A DNA stretch of 64,000 nucleotides from Phormidesmis sp. (lineage in GTDB: Bacteria; Cyanobacteriota; Cyanobacteriia; Leptolyngbyales; Leptolyngbyaceae): positions 2,336,001 through 2,400,000 of the forward strand of contig CBDFJR010000002.1 of assembly GCA_965248535.1 (NCBI GenBank). Reading direction: 5' to 3'. The notes under the pieces were generated by a model. The model did not search any database, was not told the DNA's origin, and saw only the letters and a list, made by a program, of their open reading frames with translations. Within the stretch, counting starts at the first letter, position 1, and each line of letters opens with the position of its first letter. The position numbers and the translations under genes were made by a program. Below, in pieces: positions 22,253-32,544 of this stretch.

Positions 22253-22722
22253 ATGAATCCTAGCGTAAAAACACCCAAAACCCAACACCACCATAGACTG
22301 ACCGTTAAAGATGTCATTCAAGACTATCAAAATGGTCTACTCACAGCCAAAGGAGCCATCTTCTATATCGTGGCCGCTAGCCGCAAATTAGGAGAAGCCG
22401 TCAGAGTTAGCTCAAAAACGAGACTTTTTTTCTCACGAACGAGACGACAAACCGTCAGAACCCTTGCCCGATATCGGGTCTGGATTGCCTCTATCTCTAC
22501 AGTCTTTACAATCTTTCTCTCTCTACAGAGAGCGATCGAGAGAGAGACAAAAATGCTGACGCAAAACAGGAGATCGAAGCCACCCACAAAGCCTGGTTAA
22601 TCGCAAAAGCGGAAAGTCTCCCAGTTCGGCCCACCTTCTTAGAGCAGTGGGTCAGAAAGCAAGCTGCGTTAGAAGCCAAGATGTACGTTAAAAAATACGT
22701 GCAGCCGAGTTTGTTTGAGTGA
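22253..22722 (+). pseudogene. Fragmented mobile-element gene (possible replication protein remnant)
   Basis: Plausible N-terminus, then a frame change; tail ...KAWLIAKAESLPVRPTFLEQWVRKQ in another frame. Confidence 0.35.
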
Positions 22723-22760
22723 TGGCAAAAAAACGAAACATCAAGCCATCATGATTACTC

Positions 22761-23015
22761 GTGCTGTGGCAAAAATACACGATCTTTCAAGCGGCCCAGC
22801 TTGCCCCATCCACGATCGTTCGCGACTACCACAAAGTAGAGCGGCAAATTGAGAAGATGCCCTCCCACCTCGAAACCTCTATTCAGATTCGAGATTGGCT
22901 CATTGACCATCTCGCTGGTGAAACGGTTCGTCGTCTGATCATGCAGAACACTCCCCACATCACCTGGAAACACTATGCAAGCCGCAGCCGAAACATTGAA
23001 CTTCCAGAGTTTTGA
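22761..23015 (+). pseudogene. Internally deleted tyrosine integrase remnant
   Basis: Core-binding-like segment (STIVRDY...IRDWL...TVRR) fused directly to a C-terminal tail NTPHITWKHYA...IELPEF; catalytic R-H-R region absent; lies near the tRNA att fragment. Confidence 0.6.
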
Positions 23016-23210
23016 GCTACTGCTCAGTCCGCAGAAGTGCTACGCAGAAAGGCTGATTCTACCGTTGCCACTGTGACAGTTTGGGAACGAGAGAATCAGC
23101 CTTTCAGAGCATTCCCGATCGGCGATTAAGTCCAAAATTAGTCCACTTGAAAAATATGGCTTCAAGTGGACAGTTTCTTGCTTTCTTGAAAGATTAAAGA
23201 CTGTGAGAGA

Positions 23211-23257
23211 TGCCAGGAACGAGACTTGAACTCGTGACACGAGGATTTTCAGTCCTC
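23211..23257 (-). tRNA. 3' fragment of tRNA-Phe(GAA): att site, not an intact tRNA
   Basis: Minus strand gaggactgaaaatcctcgtgtcacgagttcaagtctcgttcctggca gives anticodon arm, T arm and acceptor 3' strand; D arm and 5' acceptor strand missing. Confidence 0.9.
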
Positions 23258-23361
23258 GATACAATGCTGCTGTGCGGTCGTTTTAGCCTTTGGTCTTCGG
23301 CTTTCCCCCAATTTTCCCCCAATGCCCAAATGAGCCAGCTTTGTCAAAGAATCATGACATT

Positions 23362-24057
23362 CTAGGGCAGTTTCCAGCCTCTGATTTCTGCGAGTGCAGA
23401 AGCAACTTCTGCGTCGCTCACTTTTGGCAGTCGATTTGTGATGTAATCTTTCTCCAAACCTGTGGTTTGGCTAAATTCTGTCTCGATACCGTCGAGGAGT
23501 TGAGGTGCGATCGTGCTCATTTGCCAATCTCGATCCCAAAAGATGCGATCGGCAAGTTCGTCAATAATTTCTTCCCACAAGTTGAGGTTGGTGGAGCGCT
23601 CACTGAATTCAGCCTCTTCTTCACGTTCGCCATACTCAGTCACGGCATCTCGCCATCGGGGACGAACAAACTCCTCAAACGCTTTCCAAATCAATCGACG
23701 AAAATAGTACTTAATCGCTGTCTCGTCCTCATGCCAATCGTCTTCCTCAGAAATTTCTTCCTCTACACGCATTTGGAGGTAAGCGAAGGGGAAATAAGCA
23801 CCTGCTTCAAGGACATTGTTGAGTTCGGGGGCTTCGACTTCAGGTTTTAGAAGAGCGGACAGGCAAATGTGGAGAATAATAATTTTTTGACCAGGATTTG
23901 CGAAATCGAAGATGCGATCGCCGGTTTTTACGTCCAATCCGCCTTCACCATCATCCATGAGTTCGATGTAGTCGATCGCAGATTGCACTGCCGTTAAATA
24001 AACTTCCGCTTCGACACCCTCAAGAACGCGCATCCCTGCATTTGTGTGCCAAGTCAT
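23362..24057 (-). CDS. Hypothetical acidic protein
   Basis: Clean 231-aa ORF (LADRIFWDRDW). Confidence 0.75.
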   Translation of the reverse strand: MTWHTNAGMRVLEGVEAEVYLTAVQSAIDYIELMDDGEGGLDVKTGDRIFDFANPGQKIIILHICLSALLKPEVEAPELNNVLEAGAYFPFAYLQMRVEEEISEEDDWHEDETAIKYYFRRLIWKAFEEFVRPRWRDAVTEYGEREEEAEFSERSTNLNLWEEIIDELADRIFWDRDWQMSTIAPQLLDGIETEFSQTTGLEKDYITNRLPKVSDAEVASALAEIRGWKLP

Positions 24058-24108
24058 AATCGTGTGAGTTGTCCCATAGCCTTTGTTGTACCTTTGAATG
24101 TAGGTCGG

Positions 24109-24315
24109 TCAGCTTTTGAAATCTCTGTCATGTTTGGGTGAGCGATTGCTCTCATTGGTCTCAGCTTGGAGGTCAATCACAACGGGCTTTCTCACTACTT
24201 CAGGTGCATCAATCCTGCTGGCAGCACGTTCCGCTTCCAGATCTCGATCGGTGTTTTTGGGCGAACGAATTACGTCTGGGGTTTTCGGATCAGGTTGTTG
24301 TGTCTCTTCGCTCAT
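24109..24315 (-). CDS. Small hydrophilic hypothetical protein
   Basis: GGAG RBS; RSPKxxRD motif twice. Confidence 0.55.
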   Translation of the reverse strand: MSEETQQPDPKTPDVIRSPKNTDRDLEAERAASRIDAPEVVRKPVVIDLQAETNESNRSPKHDRDFKS

Positions 24316-24404
24316 CGTGAATCTCCTAATGATTTTGAAAGCATAGGGCGTTAAACTTCTGATGCTTTCAACTCTACCGCTCCCAGTGCCTTTAAGGTTG
24401 TTCT

Positions 24405-24960
24405 TTAGGCTGGGGTCAAGCTGATCGCGCCTGTAATGTTCATACCTTCATAGAGGCGATTGACTCTGAGGATTTTCAGACATTCTCCAGCGTCAGCATC
24501 CCACATTCTGATGGTGCCGTCTTTACTGCAACTAGCGACTGTTTGTCCATTAGGACTAAAGGCGATCGATGCCAGGCAGTTGCTATGAGATTCCAGGGCA
24601 GTCAAACATTGTCCCGATCGTAGATCACAGAGCCGCCCTGTGTGGTCATCACCACTGCTCGCGAGGGCTTGTCCATCGGGGCTAACGTTGACTAACCAGA
24701 CTTGGTGGGTATGCTCCTGAAATGTCTTCGGGCATTGCCTGGTGTAGACATCCTACAACCGCACCGTTTTATCTTCACTGCCCGTAGCGAAGATATGACC
24801 ATCGGGACTAAACACAACTGTCCAAACTTTAGTCTTGTACTTCGGTAGCGTTCTCGTGCTGTCACCTGTGTGGAGATTCTAGAATGTTACTGTTTGGTTG
24901 TCATTTCCCGTAACCAACGTTTTGCCATCAGGACTCAAGGCTGTGGACAACACCCAGTAG
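24405..24960 (-). pseudogene. Decayed WD40-repeat C-terminus (STAND/NB-ARC-WD40 type)
   Basis: FSPDG/FSPNG...SxDxT repeats with several in-frame stops; ends LYEGMNITGA. Confidence 0.8.
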
Positions 24961-25878
24961 ATATGCGTAGAGATGATTTGTTAGAACGCATCCATAGCAC
25001 AATTGCCAAACCTTGAGAAGCGCTTAATGAATACCAACAAGCCCGAACAGAATTCCTATTTTTGGGAGACACTCAACGAGCAGCCGTTCTCGATCGTCGG
25101 ATCGGCAAATTAGAAACACAGTAAATTCCACAAATTTATTTTCTAATTATTGTCAGAAATAACACTCTGAACAGAATCATGCATTGACAATGCCGTAGAA
25201 GTGAAGACATTTTATGGTTGATATAGATTGCATAAACTATGAAGATATATTCTGTGTGTTGACCCAGTGCTGAATACAGTTAAAACATCTTTGTAATCAC
25301 AAAATCTCTTGTTTTATCAGTCTGTTTTTGAGACTAAATCACCAAATCTGTGCTTCAGCTTCAGCCTTAATTTGACTTTCACCGAGCGCTCCGCCGCAGT
25401 TCGGCTTAATTTCTGCGATTTTTTGAAGCAATACATTCAATCAGACTGAGATTATGAAGAAATTCTGTAGGGGGTTGATTTATAATTCAAACTTCACTAA
25501 AAAGAGAAGAAGCATCTTCCACTCAATTCATCCTTTTGTAGTTCTAAATACCAAAACCTAGCTGTTACTCATTTCTATTTCTGGGTGTGTTTACAGATTA
25601 ATAGTTTGAAGGAATTGTGCGTTTAGTGTAACTACACAGCAACCGCTAATTAGGTCAGTTTTGAAAGATTTCTCTGGATCAATCACGTAATTTCTAGAGC
25701 CGAGACGACCTTCTCACATTGATTTTTAGCCTTTTTTAGAACTCATTGAGTTCACTCGTTACCCTTCGTAGCCCATTGAAGAGATGACCCGATCCTCAGA
25801 CGATTCGTGCATCTCGCCGCTAGTATTTTCAGATCAGAAAACTACCTGAGTGAGCTTTAGCCTTACCGAAGGAGGAAT

Positions 25879-26466
25879 ATGCCGTCACCGATCTCGCGAA
25901 CGTTTAAGCGTCGAGTTCAGACACCATTGCATCTTGGTGCAGTTCCAAAGTTTCGTCTGCTTGTAACTTCAATTCTCATCTCTGTGAGCATTCTGCTTAT
26001 GAATGTGATCGTGAACCCAGCTACGATCGCGCTTGCAGGATTTATCATTCTGGGTTACGTCGCTGTTGCACTGATTGTGATTAATTCGCTACCTGAACTG
26101 TTGAGATTCTTACGCTCTCGACTGTGGTTCAGCGTTTTTCTCGGTGAAATTTTCTTTGCCATCATTACTATTCCTGCGAACGCTGCAATCTTTGACACTG
26201 CCGAAAGATATACGAGTGGAATTTTTGGGCAATACATTGATGGCAGCATGATCACCCTCATTTTTGGGTTCCTGAGAATCAGTTCTTTTATCATGGGAGC
26301 CGCATTTGTGATGCTGGCATTAGAGAAAGCAAGACATGGTGAGAACTGGCAACCGTTTGCTTGGAATGCGTTTGCCGTCTTGATGGTCGTTGTGCTAGTC
26401 GAGGGGATGTCTACACTATTTCTTTCCACAACCGCCGCAACGCCCTCTGCATCCCCTAGACCTTAA
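25879..26466 (+). CDS. T4SS membrane protein (pilin/VirB2-like by position)
   Basis: AAGGAGG RBS; hydrophobic; first gene of the tra operon. Confidence 0.6.
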   Translation: MPSPISRTFKRRVQTPLHLGAVPKFRLLVTSILISVSILLMNVIVNPATIALAGFIILGYVAVALIVINSLPELLRFLRSRLWFSVFLGEIFFAIITIPANAAIFDTAERYTSGIFGQYIDGSMITLIFGFLRISSFIMGAAFVMLALEKARHGENWQPFAWNAFAVLMVVVLVEGMSTLFLSTTAATPSASPRP

Positions 26467-26481
26467 GAGCGTCAAAGAGAG

Positions 26482-26823
26482 GTGAATGTGTCTGACTCTC
26501 GAAAGTTTCGTCGCGTCAATCCTAGTTTGGGTAGTCATCCCAGTTTTGGTCCGATTCCCGTGGGACAGTTGTTCCCGGTGGGCATTAGCATTGGGGTCTC
26601 TTACCTGATTTTTGAGATGTTGCTGGGCTGGGGACTAACTTGGGTCGCTTTATCGGCTCTTTGGTCAGCGAGTTCTTGGTGGATTTTGACGGGGGACAAG
26701 AATTGGAAATTGCTAAATAAATTCGTCACGGTTCCACAGTGGACGTGCAAATTTCGGTCATATCAACGATTGTTAGGAGCGTCTCATGCCAAACAAGCTC
26801 GGAACCGAAAAGCTGATTTTTAA
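26482..26823 (+). CDS. VirB3-like T4SS membrane protein
   Basis: Two TM helices; FRRVNPSLG, WWILTG; overlaps the ATPase gene. Confidence 0.6.
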   Translation: MNVSDSRKFRRVNPSLGSHPSFGPIPVGQLFPVGISIGVSYLIFEMLLGWGLTWVALSALWSASSWWILTGDKNWKLLNKFVTVPQWTCKFRSYQRLLGASHAKQARNRKADF

Positions 26824-29587
26824 GCCGTTTGAAGATGAATCGGATTTGGAATGTCTATTCTCTCTATTGCTGGGAGAAAGAAGGATTGGGGGATGCCTGC
26901 TGCGACAGGGGCGAGACCGCTTCTGCTTGCGATTTGCTTTTCGGATCTCTAGTATTCACACCTTCTTGTCTGATGAGCAGATTGAAGCGACGCTGTTACG
27001 GTTGGAGGAAGGATTGCGAGGACTGCCAGAAGGGGAAAGCCTGCGGATTCATTTCCGATCGTTTGCCAGTGACTCTGAGCGACAACAAGAACTTGAAGCA
27101 CTAGCCGAAGCCTCATCGATTCCTGAACTTCAGTTTCTATTGTTCAGCCAGCAGCGCTATACCCGTGAATTGAGTGAACAAGGATTCCGTCAACCCAAGG
27201 AGATTTTGCTCTTTGCAACGTTCACTATCGAACCTGGAAAAGCTACGACAGCCGACACGATCGAGCGCATGATCGCTTCACTTGTGGAATCCTACGAGGC
27301 TTTCAAAGGGCGAAAATCGCAATTGGAGGAAGTTCGGTATCAGCACGTTCTGACTCAGGGCTTTAAAGCGGGGTATCTGCATTGGGAACAACAACTCAAC
27401 ACACGGATGGGATTAGGAGCCGTTCCGTTAACCGTTGAGGAGTTGTGGCAAGTGATTTGGTCAGAGTTTAACTGTTCTGCGCCTCCACCTATTCCTCAAT
27501 GCTTGGTGTTGAGTGAGAGCGAAGAGGGGTTGGTTCTGAATGAGGAAGTCAATGATTCATTTCATGCGGCGACGGTGGCGATTCGAGGGGAACGAGGGCA
27601 GCGATCGACTCCCAAGGGCGATCGGGAATGGGCGTATGTGAAAGATCGGTTCGTGGGGGTGATGACCTTTGATGCGAAGCCTGGGGGCTTTGCCAGCCAT
27701 GAGCATCAGTTGTACTACCTATGGAAAGCCATCAGCCAATTTTCAGATTGCGAGATTGTGTGTGAAATTAGTCGCGCTGATGAACATTCAACTCGTGCGA
27801 GTTTGCAGCTATTGACCCGGCAAAATCTCACGCTAACCGAACGTGCGAGTACCAAAAACAATCTGGATGTCGTGGCACAACTGAAAGCCCAAGGCGGAGC
27901 CGAAGCCCAAGCCAAGATTTGGCAAGGAGCAGCGCCGATTTGGTTTGCAGGAGTGGTGCTCATTCATCGCACCAGTCCAGAAGCATTGGATGAAGCTTGT
28001 CAAAAGCTAAGTAATTGCTTTGGAAGTGGAGAACTGAATCGAGAGCGAGAAATCGCTTGGAAGATTTGGCTGCAAACGCTGCCGATTACTTGGCATCGTT
28101 TGTTGGATGGGCGACGGCAACTGTATTTCACGGATGAGGTGGTTGGGCTGTTGCCATTGGCTTGCACGAGAGCGATCGACGCAGAAGGGATGGAATTCAT
28201 CTCGCGTGAAGGTGGAATGCCCGTCTATCTTGATTTTGTCACTCAGCATCGCAGCGCTGCCTTGCTGGGGCAGACTCGCATCGGGAAATCTGCTGTCAGT
28301 TCTGGCATGATTACTACGGCTATGGCATACGGATTTAGTGTGGTTGGATTAGACTACGCCCGTGAGGATGGCACGACTACGCTAACTGATTTGGTCAATA
28401 GCTTCGGAGAGGCTGGAGCATGGTTCGATGTCGGAACTTCAACCAACAATCTGTTTGAAATGCTGGATTTAAGAGCGCTCTCCCTCGATCAACAAGACAC
28501 CCGGAAGAACAGCTACTTGGCGTTTCTGGTTCGGGCGTTAGAAGTGATGGTGATGGGAGCCACCAGCGATCAACGATTAGGGAAACGCATTCATGCCATC
28601 TTGTGGAAAGGATTGTCTGCTTTCTTCGCTGATTCAGACATTCAACATCGCTATGATGCGGCTTACGATCAAGGCTTTGGCAGTTTTGCATGGCAGCGGA
28701 TGCCAACAATCATAGATTTTCTAGAGCTTTTAGAACGGTTTGATTTTTCTGGCTTAATCTCGGTTGGCAGCATTGCAGAAGCCTTGGCGGAAATTCGATT
28801 GCAGTTATTGTCTTGGGTGCAAAGCCCGGTGGGGAGGGCGATCGCGCAACCCAGTAATGTACGATCGGATGCTCAATTGATGATCTATGCCTTGCGAAAT
28901 CTAACCAATGACGATGAAGCCGCTGTTTTAGCGTTGTCGGCTCAGGCGTTGGCTCTAAGGCGTGCGCTAGAGTGTCCGAATAGCCTGCTGATTATCGATG
29001 AGAGTTCGGTACTCTACAAGTACGATGGCATTTCTCAAATCATTGGGCAAATCTGCGCCACAGGTGGCAAAGCGGGAATTCGGACGCTGATTATCAGCCA
29101 AGATCCTGATGCAATTTATAACTCTGCGGCAGGACAACAGATCCTTCAAAATCTGACTGTGCGCTTGATTGGCGCGATTCAAGGGTCAGCCGTTGAATCT
29201 TGTTGCCGAATTTTTGGGTACGATCGCTCCGTTTTGCTTCCCAACACTGACGAGAGCTTTTTGCCCGATCGTGCTCGGCTTTGCTCCCATTGGTTGATGG
29301 ATGTGGATGGACGATTGCAGCAGTGCGATTACTATCCATCTCCCGAATTGCTGGCAGCCGTAGCTAGTAATGTTCCAGAACAACAGGCACGATCGCGAGT
29401 CATGGCACAGTTTGCAAATAAGTTCGAGGGGTGGTCAGTGTTCGCCCAGCAATACACGGCTGCTTTACGCTCTGGTCAATCTCTACAGACGTTAGGGAGA
29501 AGCCCTCAGTTAAAAGTTTTGAGCAACTTGCCAACGCCTGAAGATACATCGGATCTAATAGTTTCTGAAATGCAGGAGGTGACGTAA
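26786..29587 (+). CDS. VirB4-like T4SS ATPase
   Basis: 933 aa, C-terminal Walker A GQTRIGKS, Walker B LLIIDE, ISQ. Confidence 0.85.
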   Translation: MPNKLGTEKLIFKPFEDESDLECLFSLLLGERRIGGCLLRQGRDRFCLRFAFRISSIHTFLSDEQIEATLLRLEEGLRGLPEGESLRIHFRSFASDSERQQELEALAEASSIPELQFLLFSQQRYTRELSEQGFRQPKEILLFATFTIEPGKATTADTIERMIASLVESYEAFKGRKSQLEEVRYQHVLTQGFKAGYLHWEQQLNTRMGLGAVPLTVEELWQVIWSEFNCSAPPPIPQCLVLSESEEGLVLNEEVNDSFHAATVAIRGERGQRSTPKGDREWAYVKDRFVGVMTFDAKPGGFASHEHQLYYLWKAISQFSDCEIVCEISRADEHSTRASLQLLTRQNLTLTERASTKNNLDVVAQLKAQGGAEAQAKIWQGAAPIWFAGVVLIHRTSPEALDEACQKLSNCFGSGELNREREIAWKIWLQTLPITWHRLLDGRRQLYFTDEVVGLLPLACTRAIDAEGMEFISREGGMPVYLDFVTQHRSAALLGQTRIGKSAVSSGMITTAMAYGFSVVGLDYAREDGTTTLTDLVNSFGEAGAWFDVGTSTNNLFEMLDLRALSLDQQDTRKNSYLAFLVRALEVMVMGATSDQRLGKRIHAILWKGLSAFFADSDIQHRYDAAYDQGFGSFAWQRMPTIIDFLELLERFDFSGLISVGSIAEALAEIRLQLLSWVQSPVGRAIAQPSNVRSDAQLMIYALRNLTNDDEAAVLALSAQALALRRALECPNSLLIIDESSVLYKYDGISQIIGQICATGGKAGIRTLIISQDPDAIYNSAAGQQILQNLTVRLIGAIQGSAVESCCRIFGYDRSVLLPNTDESFLPDRARLCSHWLMDVDGRLQQCDYYPSPELLAAVASNVPEQQARSRVMAQFANKFEGWSVFAQQYTAALRSGQSLQTLGRSPQLKVLSNLPTPEDTSDLIVSEMQEVT

Positions 29588-30628
29588 ATGGTCATTAAGC
29601 GGAAACGCAAGCATCAGTTTCTTCAAATTGGAATAGGCGGGGCTGCGATCGCCTCTCTCGCCCTCTCGTCTTTGGCAGTCGCCTCGCTACTGCCCGGAAC
29701 TCCTAATATCTTTGGTGCGCTCAATCAAGTTAAGGATAATTCGCTCAATTCTATTCTGAACGGTGGAAGTAATTCGCCTTGGTCTGAGAAGATTCCTGTG
29801 GTTTCGACGCAATCTCCTGGGGTTAATTCAGGCAATTTGTGGGGGAGAAATGCACCTTGGTCAGAGGGAATTCCTGGACAAGCTGAACGGATTGCAAGTA
29901 ACTATCTGCTCTGTCAGTTGGTCGGTGATTTCGGATCGCTTCCCATTTCGATTCCAGGGCTTCCGGTGAGCCAGTGTGCTTCTCAGAGTCAAAGTGCGAC
30001 CACAACCCAATCGGGTGACGTGATTGTACCAACAGAAAGCGCAGGAACTCCAATTGCAACGATCGGGACACTCGGACCTAATCCCTTTGAGATTCGGGGA
30101 GAACAGCCCGGACCTCCTAAAACGGCTTCGGCTTACGATGCTCTAACTCTTAGCCCGATCGTGCGGCAGCGTGATTTGTCAAATCTCTATGATCAAACGC
30201 TGTCTCGCTCAACGGCTGCGCCGATGGTCGGCAAAACGGGAACGCAGTGGATGACTAACTCTGTTCAAAGCACTAGCCAGGTGATTGAGAACTCTCAGAA
30301 ATCCGCAAAAGCAATTCATCAGTTAGCAGAAGCGTCTAAATCTCTGTCTGTCACTCAGAATGTGATGAAGAATGCTGCACAGATGCAAGATTTAACGGCA
30401 TTGCTGCTGGTAGATCAAGCAGTGATTAACGGAAAAGTTCATGCGTCGTTATTGGGAGTGCAGCAAGAACAAGCCATGCTGCTGCTCAATCAAGCGAATC
30501 TCGGCGAAGGTATTGATGAAATGAATCGGCGACAGCGATCGGATCGGTTGATCGAAGCATCTGCGGCTGCTCGATCTCCGCTCTACATTCCTGGTTTATA
30601 TCCTTCGGAATCCCAAGGAGGACAGTAA
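29588..30628 (+). CDS. Secreted T4SS-associated protein
   Basis: Signal-like N-terminus, helical C-half; operonic. Confidence 0.7.
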   Translation: MVIKRKRKHQFLQIGIGGAAIASLALSSLAVASLLPGTPNIFGALNQVKDNSLNSILNGGSNSPWSEKIPVVSTQSPGVNSGNLWGRNAPWSEGIPGQAERIASNYLLCQLVGDFGSLPISIPGLPVSQCASQSQSATTTQSGDVIVPTESAGTPIATIGTLGPNPFEIRGEQPGPPKTASAYDALTLSPIVRQRDLSNLYDQTLSRSTAAPMVGKTGTQWMTNSVQSTSQVIENSQKSAKAIHQLAEASKSLSVTQNVMKNAAQMQDLTALLLVDQAVINGKVHASLLGVQQEQAMLLLNQANLGEGIDEMNRRQRSDRLIEASAAARSPLYIPGLYPSESQGGQ

Positions 30629-30630
30629 TT

Positions 30631-31755
30631 GTGCATTACGACCTGGTTATCGCTGCTGTAGGCGGCAGTGATTTTGTTGGTGATAGTCTACGTTCAAGCA
30701 AAGATATTTCCGCAGCATGGCAGCAAAACTGGCAAATCATCTTTGAAAAACCGAGTGGCTTGTATCAAAGCCTCAATTACTTTGCCACTTTAATTGCGGT
30801 AGGTGCCTTTTTGTTTTTTGTGGTGGTTTGGACACGAGAGATGATTACAACGGGACTTCTACCTTCTTTAGATCGCCTCATGTGGGTCATTTTGGTCATG
30901 CTGCTGCTGTGGCAGAACGGATTTTGGCTATCCAAGTTAACGCTTGGAATTCACAAGATGATTGAGGGAGAGTCACAGAAAATCTTGAGTATCCAGATGG
31001 GTGAACTCAAAATGGGCGATGCCTTGCAGGATGTCGTATTAACGGCTGATGCTAAAAACACGATCCGCGCTTTGTATGGAGAATGTCAATCGAAAACAGG
31101 ACAGGCGCAAATTGATTGCTTCAACAAAGCAACGGATCAGGCACAAGTGATCATTGATCAGTATGAGAAAGGTTGGGGTAAAGGAACGCTAAATGGGCTT
31201 CGCCGCTGGTTCGATAGTGTCGTCAAAATTCGTGAGGATCTAAAGAAAAAAGCAGGAGAACCGGAAGCTGTTGCTAACGCCGACCCGTTTGTTTTGCTCC
31301 ATGCTGGCATTATTGCAACAACTGACACCGCTCAACAGGCTGCTGCACGACAAACGCTCAAGGGTTGGCAGTGGGCGTTCGCGAATCTGATTGAGGCATC
31401 TCTGCTGTTGACTGCCCTGACCGGACCTGTCGCGATCGCTGGGTCACTTCTCCCGATCGGGACTCGTCCCATTTGGGCATGGCTTACGGGACTGTTCTCC
31501 TTGGGCATGGCAAAAATCTACTACAACATCGTGGTCGGCTTAATCGCAACTGTGATCGTGAATGCTCAAGCTCAGAATGAGAGCGATTTTGGTTTTGTTG
31601 TACTGTTATCAATTCTCGCGCCTGTGCTGTCTGTGGCGCTTGCAGCAGGTGGCGGATTAGCGGTTTACCGCGGACTGAGCAACGGAGTCATCCAAATCAT
31701 TTCGACCGGGTGGCAAGTCGCTCGACAAGCCGCTGGAATTGCACTCAAGCTTTGA
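30631..31755 (+). CDS. VirB6-like polytopic membrane protein
   Basis: Multiple TM helices, LTALTGPVAIAGSLLP. Confidence 0.7.
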   Translation: MHYDLVIAAVGGSDFVGDSLRSSKDISAAWQQNWQIIFEKPSGLYQSLNYFATLIAVGAFLFFVVVWTREMITTGLLPSLDRLMWVILVMLLLWQNGFWLSKLTLGIHKMIEGESQKILSIQMGELKMGDALQDVVLTADAKNTIRALYGECQSKTGQAQIDCFNKATDQAQVIIDQYEKGWGKGTLNGLRRWFDSVVKIREDLKKKAGEPEAVANADPFVLLHAGIIATTDTAQQAAARQTLKGWQWAFANLIEASLLLTALTGPVAIAGSLLPIGTRPIWAWLTGLFSLGMAKIYYNIVVGLIATVIVNAQAQNESDFGFVVLLSILAPVLSVALAAGGGLAVYRGLSNGVIQIISTGWQVARQAAGIALKL

Positions 31756-31770
31756 TCATGAGGACAATGT

Positions 31771-32544
31771 ATGCAGATTTCTGAATTACGGCGACGGCTG
31801 AAGCGGTTGCCTGTTGACGAAAGTGATATTTTACCGATCGCGTTTGTTGGGTTGGTATTTGGAGAAGTGATTTTGGCGATCGGGTTAGTTTGGGTGGGTC
31901 ATTCTGTGGCTCAAATTGCAAATAAACCTGCTCCAACTTTAGTGCAGCGAGTGGATGGGCAAGCCTTTGCAGTTCGGGCTGCCGATCGTGAGTATCGAGA
32001 ACCTGAAGTGATTCGGCAACTGATTCACGAATGGGTTTCTTTTACGTATACGTGGTCTGGAAAACTTCCTTCAGCAAACGCCAAAGAAAAAGGTCAATCC
32101 CTGGCAGATGAGGGAATACAGCTCAAAAATGGGCGCGTCCCAACGGTTGCATGGCAAGCTTCTTTTCTGCTAGCAAGTGATGCAAAATCTAACTTTCGAG
32201 AAGCATTTCTGGAGGAGCTGACCAAGATTCCAGGGGCAGATGGTGTTTTCTCTGGCTCAACCAAAACGGTGATGGTCATTCAACACGTTTCTGATCCACA
32301 GTTGCTGGCAGGGGAAACGGGACGTTGGCAAGTTGATGTTGTCGCGAACTTGATTCTCTTCGATCGTGCCCATCCTGCCGGAAATACGATTCCTTGGAAC
32401 AATTCGTACATTGTCAGATCTGTTGATCCGCCTCAAACACCACTCCCTGATAAAGCCTCTGACTATCAGAAAATCATTTATCAACTCCGCCAACGTGGAT
32501 TAGAGATTGAAAACATTGTCCCCTTTCAGGAGCGAAAGTCATGA
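31771..32544 (+). CDS. VirB8-like T4SS protein
   Basis: Single TM then PAPTLVQ and an alpha/beta domain; operonic. Confidence 0.6.
   Translation: MQISELRRRLKRLPVDESDILPIAFVGLVFGEVILAIGLVWVGHSVAQIANKPAPTLVQRVDGQAFAVRAADREYREPEVIRQLIHEWVSFTYTWSGKLPSANAKEKGQSLADEGIQLKNGRVPTVAWQASFLLASDAKSNFREAFLEELTKIPGADGVFSGSTKTVMVIQHVSDPQLLAGETGRWQVDVVANLILFDRAHPAGNTIPWNNSYIVRSVDPPQTPLPDKASDYQKIIYQLRQRGLEIENIVPFQERKS

Noticed and set aside
23211..23285. Intact tRNA-Phe gene
   Set aside because: Similarity ends at 23257; no D arm or 5' acceptor strand
23290..23850. 186-aa plus-strand ORF and similar antisense ORFs (e.g. 38916-39461, 54995-55582)
   Set aside because: Shadows of better-supported genes on the opposite strand, with no recognisable motifs
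25537..25551. NtcA site GTA-N8-TAC upstream of the tra operon
   Set aside because: No TAN3T box at the canonical spacing; such a short motif is expected by chance in AT-rich DNA
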